In this document: positions 24,007 to 37,784 of the stretch, in pieces
Layout: each line of letters begins with the position of its first letter
Position numbering within the stretch: position 1 is the stretch's first letter
Assembly: GCF_006345805.1 (NCBI RefSeq)
Contig: NC_043008.1
Span: forward strand, 28,024,001-28,088,000
DNA length: 64,000 nucleotides
Direction of reading: 5' to 3'
Origin: Octopus sinensis
Lineage: Eukaryota
Notes under the pieces: generated by a model
What the model was told of the DNA's origin: nothing
Databases searched by the model: none
What the model saw: only the letters and a program-made list of their open reading frames with translations
Program-made: the position numbers and the translations under genes

Positions 24007-25559
24007 TGTATATATATGTCTATGCATATATATATATATATCTTTTATATTTTAATATATATATGCGTGATGCATATATGCCATTTGAATATGGCTAACC
24101 CAACAGGGTGGATGCTACTGTAGTTTGTAGCCCCAGGAAGACACCTCCTCCCGCTGGCTATAGACACACTATCTGTGTCCTGTCAGTATTTGTGAAGGGG
24201 AATCATCCTCCCCGTCTTTAACACATGATACACACGTACCCGAGTTTCAAGGTGTTTATATATATGGGTGTGTGTACATGCGTGTGTGAATGGGTCCATG
24301 AGGAAGGCCTATTTAAGAAACTTCGCGTACGCGTTCCCCTTGTCAAATATTCGATCGCATTTTGTAGGTCCTTGAACAACGTTCTTCCTGTATAAGTTTT
24401 TACCAACCTAAAATTGCGGCATTACTAGGTACTATACGAGTATGACTGCTAACGACTTCAAGGGAAGATACTCCCATCATAAACACTCGTTCATATCCAC
24501 TTCCCTGTCTCGTTTTCTCTAGAGACTCCGTGATCTCCGAGATGAAATACCCAGCATATATATACATATATGGACTGTATTCGACATGGGGGTGACAATA
24601 TTTATGCGAGGCCCCCAATGTTACGTCTTCCTGCGCGAAAAACTACATAGCCCCCAACAACCTACAGTATCCATCAACAAGAAATACGATTTATCGTATT
24701 GCTGTCACCAGAAATATGCGCTTCTGGAAAATTTCGGGCCTCTGACTGCCGATAACCCGGATATACCACCTTAGCACCATCTGCTACTTTGCACCGCACT
24801 GCAACATGGTCACCGCTGTCAACCAACGCCGGCAATTTACCAATCCCTACAGTTTACCAACCCCCATCGCACACCAGCCCCCAAAACTTACAAATTCTTA
24901 ACACTTATCATTCCCAAAGCTTGTTTTGTGAGTGTATATCTGCACACGCGCGCATGCGAGTGCACATGTGCACGCGTATAAGTGTGCGCGCGCACAATGA
25001 TATGCATGCATACATGCATTAAGATATGCATATTACATATGAATAAATACGCATATGTGTATGCATGTATGTGAGTGCATGTCTCCTATGCGTGTGTATA
25101 TGTGTGCTTATACATGTGTGCCTATTTATCGAAGCGTGGGTGTGCGTGTGCAGACATGCACGTGCGCGTCATTGTACAGATGCGCACAGTTACATCAATA
25201 TACACATGCACACAAACTATATGAGTATGTCAGCACACCGACATTTACTTGCACATTCCACACTTTCCCACTTCCTCCCATCTACCTGACCGACTTCTTA
25301 ATTGTTTCCAGTCCTCCACATCGTTAATTTCGGGTTCGCCATGCAGTATTTTCCAACTGACTGTTACCCATATACCAACGTCTAACCACGATACCGCATG
25401 ACCTTCCTCGAGCAATCGCACTCAAATTCAAAGTGGCTGACGACTAGCATCGTGCTTGAAACTCAAATTGCCCAACGCATTTGAATCAAACTGATTATCT
25501 CGATATATCTAACACCCAATAAATTGGTTGAGTGCACTTCTTTCGTTTGTACACTCACC

Positions 25560-25637
<78 letters not shown>

Positions 25638-26130
25638 ACAGGCATATATGCAGAATTCAGGAATCAAACACGGAGAAGTGTCCACGTTAGAATCCAGCAT
25701 GAGACAGGTCAACAAAACATGTGATAACTTGAGAGCAAGTCACTTGGCATAGACTTGTATGTATATACATGGGCAGCTAAAAGAATCCTTAAGAGCAGCA
25801 TATATTTCTAACGATATGCAGAAAAGCTTAAATCTCAAGCGCAGATCATAATCTAATTGCTTTTAATGTATGCTTCATTGGGTATACACGCCATTATCTA
25901 CAAATATACGTCATGAAGTCGTAGTTAACATAATTTTACCTAAAATCAAATCCATGTTAGTCAATGTTTATCGCAATTCATCAGGAGGTATTACGAAGTT
26001 TGCTAATTATAGATTGTTGTTCATATAGATATAAGTGATACAAGGAGAATCAGATTCATGTACATGCACCTACACACACACACGACCACGCCGTATATAT
26101 AAATATATACATACATACATATATATATAC

Positions 26131-26175
<45 letters not shown>

Positions 26176-26239
26176 ATATATATATGCATAAACAACTGGA
26201 TTATTTTAGTTTCCGTCTTCCAAATCACTTTACAAGATT

Positions 26240-26520
26240 TTTGTCAGGGGCCCAAGCTGTACCCTGCTGCCAGCTTTCTTAATATTAAATGCGTTTTCAT
26301 ATCGTCGAATTAATCTTTACACTCTTTATTGAAGACCTGTTCGTATCTTCTGAAGTATACCTCGAAAATAACTCCTTCGTTTGTTTCAAACTTAAATTTC
26401 GTTATTGAGTTTGCAACATGATCTGGCAAGAATACCTTCTCAGCCTTTTTCCCGTTTTGCTATTCATTAATTTTAGTATTTGTTGTTGTTGTTCTGGAAC
26501 TGTTGTTGGTGTAATTGTTG
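26240..26520 (-). pseudogene. Ty3/Gypsy gag-like remnant
   Basis: NSITKFKFETNEGVIFEVYFRRYEQVFNKECKD*FDDMKTHLILRKL resembles the N-terminus of invertebrate Gypsy gag. Confidence 0.5.
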
Positions 26521-26873
26521 TTCCTGCAGTTGTTGTTGCTGTTTATTGCAACTCGAGTAAACCGGCTAACTAATCTTCCATAATTTTACGGTTTTGTATA
26601 TGGTAAAGTTCGCATAAAATAAATTATCTGAACTTCGTAACTCTTTGAGAGTTTGTTTAATCCTCTTGAGTTTGCCCCGACTACTCAACGTCATAGTATT
26701 TTGAACCACAATCATATATCACTTGTCACATGTAGGATTGTTCCATTATGATTGTTATTATCCCCATAACACTAACTGAACTCTAGGTTTAGTCGTGCCA
26801 TATGGCACCATGTGCATATGTGTTCTACTACAACTTGGGCCCGTGTCATATATATATATATATATATAATATA

Positions 26874-26931
<58 letters not shown>

Positions 26932-27014
26932 AAGGGTGAAAAGGAACACACGAGTTGATATATATGAAAAAACAAGTAAAAAATAGAAAATGCTAAAATA
27001 ATTTTATAGTGAAC

Positions 27015-27059
27015 ATTTCAGTACCGGTTTCGGTCATTTTGAGACCTTTTCAACTGTAA
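27015..27059 (-). ncRNA. Type I hammerhead ribozyme, U3-A8 variant (inverted arm copy)
   Basis: Identical reverse complement of 29522-29566. Confidence 0.75.
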
Positions 27060-27772
27060 CGATTAAATTATTAAATTTAGAAAAATTAGAAGAAAAGTTT
27101 TCTTAAACGAATATTTCTATAGTAGTGTGCAGATTTAAGTGGCATTCTGCCTTTCTCTGACTCCCTTGTTTGCACTTGTGTGTTCGAGGTAGTTGTGAGT
27201 TCTTGGTAGGGTAGTAGAGGGAAGGCTGGTGAGGAAAGAGGGGTGGGAGAATCTGGGAGTGCCCTGATGGTCGTATTTTGAATGGTCAGTGGCGGCTGGC
27301 AGTCTCAGTTCAATTCAGGAGAATATTTATATTGACAGGCTTGTTTATAGAATTAGCGTAGGTGTTATACTAAAAAACATTAGTGACAAAGTTAAGGGGT
27401 AGAGGGTGGAGAAGAAGAAGAAGAAGAAGAAGAAGAAGAAGAAGGAGAAGGAGAAGGAGAAGGAGAAGATGATGGTGATGGTGGTGATGATTATGACGAC
27501 GATGATGATGATAACGATGATGATGAAGAAGAAGAAGGAGGAGAAGGAGAAGATGGTGGTGATGATGGTGGCGATGATGATGACGCCGATGATGATGATA
27601 ACGATGATGATGAAGAAGAAGAAGAAGAAAAAAACAGAGAAGGGAGAATATGAATGGGTATAAATATAGCTATGAAGGGGCTGATTAGTAATGGATTCTA
27701 TGGAGTGTAGTATTTGTGTGTGTATATATATTTTTTTCTTTTATTCTAAAGTTGAGGTATATTAATTGTTTG

Positions 27773-28832
27773 ACAATTTCATCCTTTGGCATAAAAATAT
27801 AGAAAAACTCATAGAATTCCAGAAAATTTTAAACGGACTGGACGTAAACATCCAATTCACGATGGAATATAGCCAACAACAACTCCCCTTCCTCGATATC
27901 CTCATTAAGAAAGCTAATAATATAATACAAACAGACATATACTATAAGCCTACAGACTCTAAGCAATATCTTCCATTCAATTCATGCCACCCCAGACACA
28001 CCAGGATGAATATCCCCTTCAATCTAGCAAAAAGGATATGCACTATAGTCTCTAACGCAAACACCAGAGACACACGACTACAAGAACTAAAAGATACCCT
28101 AATCACCAGGAACTATCACCTTCACTTATTGACAAGTGCATTCAACGTGCCCTTCAACTTAACATCAAGGAACTGAGACATCCCAAATCAAGAAAAACTT
28201 ACAACCAAAAGCCTTACCATACATCTCCACACACAACCCTCTCAATAACGAAGCCTTCGACACCATCCTCCACAACATACCCCTCCTAAAAAAAGACCAC
28301 AGAATGAAAACAATCCTCCAAACACACACGATCATAAAAAGCAAAAGACAGCCTAGATCCATGAAAAGTCTCCTTACACAAGCCCGAATTCACTCTTCAA
28401 CACAGAAGCCGACAGTAAAAAAAATGTGGAAGACCCAATTGCGGGATATGCGACTATCTAATCGAGGGTTATGAGTTCTCCTTCAAACAGGGACAACGGT
28501 TTACAGTGAAAAGCAACTTCACATGTGCTTCGGAGAACCTAATATACTCACTAACCTGCTCCGGGTGTCAAGAGCAGTACATAGGCCAAACAAAAAATGG
28601 TTTGCGTAAACGAATGGCCCTGCACAGATCCCAGATAAAAATTCCCCAAAACAGAAAAATAGCTTTTAGCCAACACATAGATACTTGCGCCAACAAAAAA
28701 ACACCAAACTTCAGAATTTTCCCCCTCTACCAATTTAGGGACGATACAACCTCGAGACAAAGAATAAGTAAAGAAAATCTCTTTATTACAAAATACAAGC
28801 CACTTCTTAACGGGTCTACGACAAACAATTAA
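27773..28832 (+). pseudogene. PLE ORF 3' part: RT thumb, Cys-rich linker, GIY-YIG endonuclease (two frameshifts)
   Basis: IQFTMEYSQQQLPFLDILI..TDIYYKPTDSKQYL..SCHP (RT); KCGRPNCGICDYL (Cx4CxxC linker); NLIYSLTCSGCQEQYIGQTKNGLRKRMALHRSQI..KENLFITKYKP (GIY-YIG). Confidence 0.9.
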
Positions 28833-29521
28833 TATACCTCAACTTTAGAATAAAAGAAAAAATATATATATACACACACAAATACTACACTCCATAGAAT
28901 CCATGACTAATCAGCCCCTTCATAGCTATATTTACACCCATTCATATTCTCCCTTCTCTGTTTTTTTCTTCTTCTTCTTCTTCATCATCATCGTTATCAT
29001 CATCATCGGCGTCATCATCATCGCCACCATCATCACCACCATCTTCTCCTTCTCCTCCTTCTTCTTCTTCATCATCATCGTTATCATCATCATCGTCGTC
29101 ATAATCATCACCACCATCACCATCATCTTCTCCTTCTCCTTCTCCTTCTTCTTCTTCTTCTTCTTCTTCTGCACCCCCTACCCCTTAAGTTTGTCACTAA
29201 TGTTTTTTTAGTATAACACCTACGCTAATTCTATAAACAAGCCTGTCAATATAAATATTCTCCTGAATTGAACTGAGACTGCCAGCCGCCACTGACCATT
29301 CAAAATACGACCATCAGGGCACTCCCAGATTCTCCCACCCCTCTTTCCTCACCAACCGTCCCTCTACTACCCTACCAAGAACTCACAACTACCTCGAACA
29401 CACAAGTGCAAACAAGGGAGTCAGAGAAAGGCAGAATGCCACTTAAATCTGAACACTACTATAGAAATATTCTTTTAAGAAAACTTTTCTTCTAATTTTT
29501 CTAAAGTTAATTATTTAATCG

Positions 29522-29566
29522 TTACAGTTGAAAAGGTCTCAAAATGACCGAAACCGGTACTGAAAT
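29522..29566 (+). ncRNA. Type I hammerhead ribozyme, U3-A8 variant
   Basis: CAG-TTGAAAA-GGTC-TCAAAAT-GACC-GAAA-CCGGT-A-CTG. Stem III is the palindrome ACCGGT; triplet GUA. Confidence 0.75.
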
Positions 29567-29616
29567 GTTCACTATAAAATTATTTTAGCATTTTCTATTT
29601 TTTACTTGTTTTTTTC

Positions 29617-29653
<37 letters not shown>

Positions 29654-31538
29654 ATATAATATATATATATATATATGTGTATACATACATATATAGCAAG
29701 ATAGAGAGAGAAGGGGTAGGGAGAGAGGAAGAGATGTGTAAGGAAATAAGTAGTGTTGTCATATACCTTCATGTGCAAATGGGTGACAACGAAAACGAAT
29801 TCAACTAACATTCGAGCTATAAAATTTTTTGTTTAGGGAATTTGTACAACATTATTTTCTCCAAAGAGAACAAGTCCTTAAGCAATTTCTGCTAATGAGT
29901 CATTTGATTTGTCGAACTTGAAGTACTCACGAGCACGCGCTTGGCGAGTTTGTTCACTATACCAGTAAAATACTTTGTTATTATACATGTGAGAGTGGTC
30001 CGAAATGGAAGTCGCAATTCTATGCAACTACTAAACATTTATTTCATACTTAGCAAGGAATCTTTCCACATCCAGTCTATTTGTAATATGTGTTACTTCT
30101 CATTGAATTATATATATGCGCAAAAAGTTTTGTGAAGTGGAGGTGATGAATGCGCCAGTAGAATTAAATATGATAACTAATGGCAATTGTTCTGCACCGA
30201 AAAGAAGAAACACAATTACAGAGGTTCAGTAGATGCGGCTGGTGTTTTGACATACGCCTATTCTAGTTATAATTTCGATGCCCATATATCTAACCTTCAA
30301 ACGGATCTGAAAAGGACACGGTGACACTTGTCATCAAAAAATGACGTGTTAACATTATAACTGACACGCAACTAACCTTCTTTATACAACATTTCATACG
30401 AAGTAACAAATCATTTGAGAAAAAACAAGCAGTTGCAAAACTATAAAATTTTCCAATGCAAAAGTATCAAAGCATGGTAGACATTTTCAAGGAAACTCAA
30501 TCAATTTTAAAATTACCAACGGCAGATTAAGATATCTCGATATAAATATTAAAGAATTGCGATGAGTGTTCAACGTAAATATACGCTGATTAAGCCATCG
30601 CCAAATTTGTAAGCATGCAAACATTGCCTATGGAGAATTTTAAGTCTGTAACATGCGTTTAAATTTAGATTTGCATTCAAAAAAATGAGCTAAAAGCATA
30701 TCACGAAATAATTTTAATTACTCGGGAATATATACATCAAGTATTATTAATCTGGAAGTCCTCAGGTTGTTACAAAAATATACATGTATTTTCTAACAGA
30801 GTGAATATATCGAAAAGGAAGGCTCTGAACTGTCAGAAACATTAGCATGACGAACGAAATGTTTGGCGGTATTTTGTCTACTTTGCTTTTCATCCTTTGA
30901 TAAATAAAGTACCAGTTGAGATTTAATCGGCTGGTCCCTCCCCCAAATTTGAAGTCTTGTGCCTAGAGTAGAAAAGAATATATCGAAAAGGATTCATTGT
31001 ATAGATGTCACATATCGCAAATCCAGACACACAACACACACAGACACACTCACACACAAACACACACACAAACACACGCACATACACACAAATGCATGCA
31101 CATAGATACATGTATATATGCAGATGTAATTCCACGTGAGCATTGTGTAAATGAAATGAATGATTCACACGCATACACACACATACACACGCATACACAG
31201 ACAGAGGCGCGTGGATGCACACACATACATATAAAAATGTGAGAGAGAAAGAGAGCAAGCAGTATGACAAAGAAAGTGAGAGAGAAGTGAGAAAAGTAGG
31301 AGGGATATGAAGGATGTTCGACTTCGTTAGGAAATATGTTGCTTTTGGTACTCTTTCATTATAATAATTGTTGAGAGCTCTGAATACTGGAACGTAAATA
31401 TAGCGATAAATACAAAATAAACGTGAACACTAAGACGCATACATACGCACGTACTCTCATCTATCTATTTAATTATCTATCTACACACACACACCACACA
31501 CACACACACACATACATACACACACACCACACACACAC

Positions 31539-31593
<55 letters not shown>

Positions 31594-31899
31594 TATATAC
31601 ACACATTATATTATCATTCTTTGTTACAAAATATATAGAACTGCTCTGTAAGTGCCCGGGTCGAACCCCCAAATTAACATAAAAGCTCAGACTAGGTAAT
31701 CAACATATTTTACATGCGCAAACATACTTATAAGTTCCATTTAAAATATATCTTTTCTAGAAGAGCCACCCGGCGTCATACAGGAAAAAAAGTTTTCTTT
31801 AAACGTTGAAGAAAAAAGCAAAATATGTTGTATAGAAATTTGTTATTCTAAATTCAATTTATACTTTAATTGGTATTTTGAATTCATAATATAAAATAA

Positions 31900-31961
31900 C
31901 CACAACAACAATAATAATAATGATAATAATAATAATAATGTTACTAATAATAATAATAATG

Positions 31962-31992
<31 letters not shown>

Positions 31993-32008
31993 TAATAACA
32001 ATAATAAC

Positions 32009-32040
<32 letters not shown>

Positions 32041-32077
32041 TAATAATAACAATAATAATATTAATAATGATAATAAA

Positions 32078-32120
<43 letters not shown>

Positions 32121-32199
32121 TAATAATAATAATAATAACAATAATAACAATGATAATAATAATAATAATAAAAATAATATAATAATAATAATAATAATA

Positions 32200-32232
<33 letters not shown>

Positions 32233-32257
32233 TAATAAAAATAATAATAATAATAAC

Positions 32258-32309
<52 letters not shown>

Positions 32310-32338
32310 TAATAATGATAATAATAATCATAATAATA
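31900..32338. repeat. (AAT)n microsatellite, ~440 bp, imperfect
   Basis: Directly visible. Confidence 0.95.
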
Positions 32339-32339
32339 A

Positions 32340-32945
32340 CTCATATTGGCTCTCGCTGCGCAGTCCTGGCTAAGAAGGAATATATTCAAAGACACGACAG
32401 ATTTGGGACCTATATACACTGGAAGCTATGCAAACACTATAGAATAACAACAGAAAAAAACATGGTATAGACACACGCCAGAAAAGGTCACAGAAAGTGA
32501 GAAAGCAACAGTACTACAGGATATGCCAATACACAAAGATTCAGAAATTAAGGCCAACAGGCCAGATATAGTTGTCAGAGATTATGAAGAAAATATATGC
32601 TTTCTAATTGATAAATCAATACCAACAGGCGACAACGTTTCTCTAATAGAAATGGAGAAACTTTCAAAATACAAAAGCCTGGAAATGGAGGTAAATCGAA
32701 TATCGGGTCTAAAAACAGAAACAATTCCTATCATCATGGGCGCATTAGGTATGATAAAAATATTCAAACAAAAACACCAGGAATAACGAATATATATAAC
32801 ATACAGAAAAGAGCACTACTAGGCACTGCATACATCCTACGTAAAACAATTTCAATACAGTAACCATAGGAGCATCACATTAAACCACAGCACATACTCT
32901 GAGCACACAGAGCTGTGCTTGTTAGTGCAGTGAAAGCACGTGAAC
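32340..32945 (+). mobile_element. R4/Dong-clade LINE 3' fragment (RLE domain and 3' UTR), decayed
   Basis: CAVLAKKEYIQRHD..YIHWKLC..EIKANRPDIVVRD..LID..EKLSKYK..IIMGALG..GTAYILRK, set in (AAT)n. Confidence 0.85.
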
Positions 32946-33022
32946 AAGTAATACTACTGATTATTGATAATAATAATAATGATGATGTCGATGATGACAT
33001 TAATATTAATAATAATAATAAT

Positions 33023-33127
<105 letters not shown>

Positions 33128-33184
33128 TTTGTTATTAATATTATTATTAGTGTTATTACTATTATTATTATTATCATTATTTAA

Positions 33185-33690
33185 CCAACAAAGAAACCAT
33201 CAAGTAAAAGGTATGTGCTAAAGCTGCCCGCATAGCAAGGTATAAAAAGCGCGTCAAATTCTTCAAGGACAACATGTTCAAAAATAACCCCCAAAATTTT
33301 TACAGTAAAGTCTGTCCCATTAAATGAAGAAGTGCAGGAATTTTGGAATGAAATTTGGGCAGAAGAAGAAACGCACAATGAAAAGGCCCCTTGAATTGCT
33401 ACAATATCTACAGACTTGTTCTCCTTAGAGGAGTAAATGTAGGAGTGTCTCAAGGTAGCAGATATAAGATCTGCTCTCAGTAGGTCAAGCAAATGACCAA
33501 GAAATTATCCAAGAAAGGATAAAATTCATAATTTCTGGTTGAATGCCTTCACAGAGAGCCATGAACTACTAACAAAATTTTACAACATTGTTTTGCAACA
33601 TTCTAGTATGATCCCCTGTTGGTTAGTTAATGGTTCGAAAAAACAAAGAAACAAATTATACAAATAATTATCGATCAACAACGTTAACAT
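33185..33690 (+). mobile_element. R4/Dong-clade LINE fragment (region upstream of and entering RT)
   Basis: KAARIARYKKRVKFF..EEVQEFWNEIW..DKIHNFWL..IPCWLVNG..NNYR; adjacent to a (TAT)n tract. Confidence 0.7.
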
Positions 33691-34224
33691 GTCCTGACTG
33701 AATATACCTGTAGTTATTTAATAAAAAGTAGCATCTTCCCTAATGAGCAAAAAGAATGTAAACGTTATTCCTTCATCACTAGTATGGAAGTAATTGGTGA
33801 AGCCGTTTTCGCATGAAAAGTGAAAACGCACACATCTCTAACTTATATATTTGATATATTAATATATTAATAGCAGAACAGTTTTTTTATGGTAGCAGAA
33901 CAGTTTAAAAAGAAATATGTAGCCGTAGAAACTCTGAATTACGTCCACTTGTCAATTTATGTCTTGGAAAAATGTGACATATAAATATACAGCAAAAGTA
34001 AATAACCATATGCAGGAAGCAATGTAGAATTTAAAGAGGCGATACAGGGCACATTTATACTCATTTTCTAAAGCTTAGTATAAAAACTCAGCGTTCCTCA
34101 CCTCATTCACACTACCTAAGAAATAGCAACACGGATTATACTTTATCTTGGTCCATACCATATCTTGGCCCTACCCCTCAATTATAGTGCAAGTTTTAAC
34201 AGATGCAGGTTATGTATAATAGAA

Positions 34225-34430
34225 TCTCTTATTATAAAAGGCAGATTTTATCTGCCTCCCTTTGTCTCTTATAGAAATCTACAATATAGGATTTCTTCAA
34301 TTACAATTTACCTAGCATTTTTAAGAGTAGAATAAATCGGGTCGTGCCAGGTCCAGATTTTAAATTTTCAACCCCAATTAAGCAAAATTTAGAGAAAACT
34401 CACATTGTGGTATGTTAGTCAAGTGCTTTT
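34225..34430 (+). mobile_element. Possible 5' end of a second Helitron family
   Basis: A|TCTCTTATTATAAAAG start resembles TCTTTATATATAAAAG of the other Helitrons. No 3' end found. Confidence 0.4.
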
Positions 34431-34599
34431 CTTAGTGTGGGCTATAGCACACGCACACACACACACACACAAAAAGGTAGCGATCTGATTCACTCACGCT
34501 ATCACTCTAATTTCTACGACTTTCTCTTTGCAAGTTTGCAACGATTAAAGTGAAAACAGTGAATCCGAGAGCTCCGACAGCGATAAAGAAAATGAATTG

Positions 34600-35219
34600 G
34601 CACCTGAATGGAGTGAAAATTTAAAAACTGTTTCTTTCGGTGATTTTTCTGAAGAAACTGGACCAAGCCACAGACTTTCCCAGAAGAGTAAAGCCTTAGA
34701 CTATTTCTTTTTACTTTTTCGAATGAGCCCATTTGAAAACATTACGGCGGAAACGAACTGTTACGCTAAACGTAAACAAAGCGAAAGAAAGGATAGTTTG
34801 TTATTTCCCACAACCTTAAATGAAATTAAGGCCTATTTTGCCATAAATATTATTATGGGTATCAGAAAGTTACCCAGAATAACAAATTCTGTCGTAAAAT
34901 TTTGTTGTATACCCAATTGAATATTAGCTAATAACGCATTTTCTATAGCGATGTTTGAACAAAATTTTAATAATTTTATATGTTGTTGATTTTACCTGTA
35001 TCTACCTGCTATTAGAGTCACTTTGTGACAAAAATTATAGTATAGAATTGGTTGGGAACATTTCATTAAATTATCTTCCAAAATTCATGTTAATATATTG
35101 ATAAATAAAAAAGTTATAGTTGTTTAATGAAACCAGACTAAATCTATGGTTACGTTAGAAATTAATTGAAACACATAAGGGGTGTATTTTGGTCAGAAAT
35201 ATAGTAACGAAAGGGTTAA
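34600..35219 (+). mobile_element. piggyBac remnant: transposase N-terminal fragment and right end
   Basis: GPSHRL..ALDYFFLLF..ITAETNCYAK..PTTLNEIKAYFAINIIMGIRKLP; ends AACGAAAGGG-TTAA. Confidence 0.75.
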
Positions 35220-35327
35220 GAAAAACCAAAAAATATTTTATTCTTTATAAATGTTGTGTTCAAAATAACATTTTCTTTTAAGAATGTGTATATAACAAAG
35301 TATGTGTATATAACTACGTGGCTTATA

Positions 35328-35684
35328 TCTTTATATATAAAAGTGAAGTTGTGTGTCTGTCTCCTAAGATTTAGATTCCTAACTACTCCTACATTTTGCG
35401 GTGCAGTGTAACCAAAACCGGGTATCGTATAGTCGTGATTCATATCGAGCCCTTCTGGGTATTAGCGCGCGTCTACGATGAGTCTACGATTTAAAAGAAA
35501 TTTACCATCATATTTTTCCATTTTAATGCATTTTTCGCTATTATATAAGGGAAGTAACTCTCTAAAAATATCTACGATGTGTCAACGATTTAAAAAAATT
35601 ACCTATTTTTGGCTATAACTCTCTAAAAATGCTTATATAGTTATTTCCCTTACAAACCCGAGCAACGCCGGGCGATACTGCTAG
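35328..35684 (+). mobile_element. Complete short non-autonomous Helitron
   Basis: A|TC ... CCCGAGCAACGCCGGG hairpin ... CTAG|T; same family as 3011-3595. Confidence 0.85.
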
Positions 35685-36364
35685 TCATATATAATCCTTA
35701 GATCATATATTTCAAACACATTAAATAAATTCTTTGATGTGATTCCGACATGTAGTCATAAATGCCATTCCACTTTGAAAATCTATAGAACCAAATATAT
35801 TGGATGATTGATTTAGAGGAGTACCTGCAATCTTAACCTTTTAGCTTTTAATACTGTGACTGTTTCATTGTGCTTTCTTTAATTAAAATTAAATCCCAAT
35901 AGGTTACTTGTCCCATCATTCCATGTCTCTATTCTCTCATTTGCATACGTAAGAATGATCTTTTAAATATAAACCTACATCCATCCCACTGTAATAACTA
36001 CAAATTGTCTGAATGTAATTTCCTAATAATGATGACTTTCGCGTTGAAGGTTACATTGCTCACATAGATTCTAGAATACCTCTTAATTTTTCTACTAGGA
36101 CATGAACTCTACAAACGGCCCTAGAAAGAAATTTTCCTTTGATTGTATCATATGCTATTTATACTTATTCAAAAACAGATTGAAATTTATGGACTTCTGA
36201 ATTTGAATTTTTAGGCATTTTAATAGTGAAAACAGTTATTACTATTTCTCTTTTACTCTCTTTTTCCATATACATCCTACATGTATTCTATTTATATATA
36301 TTTTATATATAATTATATTTATATATTTTTAAGTATTCATATATGTTTTGTATGTAGATACGTA

Positions 36365-36452
<88 letters not shown>

Positions 36453-36456
<4 letters not shown>

Positions 36457-36592
36457 TGTGTTGTAAGTAGCTTGCTTACCAACCACATTGTTGCATGGCA
36501 CATTGGGTAAGAGTCTTCTACTATAGCCACGGGCCGACCAAAGCCTTCTGAGTGGATTTGGTAGAGGGAAACTGAAAGAAGACCGTCGTATA
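36453..36592 (+). mobile_element. SINE family 1, 5' half
   Basis: Collinear with 3706-3865. Confidence 0.75.
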
Positions 36593-36830
36593 TATGTATA
36601 TATATATATATACTAGCAATTCGATTGAGCTTATTGCTGAAACAAATGTAACAACAATCACAAAAACATCCACATGCGTGTCAACGACGACGACGTCAAC
36701 GATAACGACAATGACAACGACGACGATAACGACGAGGATCGAGGATGGTTATGATGATGATAAGGGTGATGTGATGATGATGGTGTTGGTGTTGGTGTTA
36801 GTGGTGGTGGTGGTAGTGGTGGTGATGATA

Positions 36831-36861
<31 letters not shown>

Positions 36862-36862
36862 C

Positions 36863-36900
<38 letters not shown>

Positions 36901-37784
36901 CGAGTATGATGATGATGGTGATTACGATGATGATGATTTGATTTGCTTTGATTATAATAAATGCACAGAATCAGCGATGCGTCAGGGTAGGCGGTAGCGC
37001 TGAAGATAGAAAAGCAAACTTGTTCTAAAGAGGATGATAACAATGCAAATAACCGGAAAAATTCATTAAGCAATTTTTGATGCAAAATGATATGCGTCAA
37101 TCTACCGCTTCACTTTTAAATGTGTATGACGAGGTGTGTGACTTGGTGCCCGCTCGTTCAATGCTATCACCCATTGTTTTAAGGACCTCTCTAGAATCCA
37201 TAACATGGTCGATATATAAGTCATGGTTCATCCATTCTTTATCTTGTGGATAATTGAGTGTGTGACAGCTAGAAATAGCGAGAGATACAATCGGCTGTAC
37301 TTGAGTTGTAGGTATTAGATGGAACTTATTTAGAACTGTGTATTCTGAAGTATTACGAAATAAAGAGCATATTTAAATGAATGCAACACGCCCTCTGTTC
37401 CATAAATGTGATCCTGAGGCATCAAATGAAAATTACAATGCACTAGACGCAATGCTACACCTCTTCGGTATTGATTTAGAAAGGTGGAGAGGATTCGGTT
37501 AAATTAGTATATATGTGAAAAGAAGTGTAAGTCAATAGTAAAGAGTATTAATAAGGGTTTAAGAACAGAAAGTGTTTCGCATTTTGCGCTTCGAAGTACA
37601 TGACCGTAGACAGTAGCGGGCGTGTGAATATGTGTACGAGGCGGCAAGCAGTGTAGACAAAATGAATAAGAGCTTGGGTGAATATGGTGGGTGTAGCTAT
37701 AATAATATCAAGTGTAAATAAGAATAAAGAGTAAGTGGGTAGATACAAAAACAATTGCAGTGTGGAGGATATACAATTATATCA

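Larger units (their letters stand above)
26960..29620 (+). mobile_element. Young 5'-truncated Penelope-like element (Neptune-type) with ~810-bp inverted pseudo-LTRs
   Basis: 26960-27772 is the reverse complement of 28822-29620 with only a few differences. The interior encodes an RT C-terminus and GIY-YIG endonuclease. Inserted in (TA)n. Confidence 0.92.

Noticed and set aside
25433-25475. CTGACGA-..AGCA-TCG-TGCT..-GAAA hammerhead-like motif
   Set aside because: Stem II forms, but stems I and III do not pair; chance or too decayed to call.
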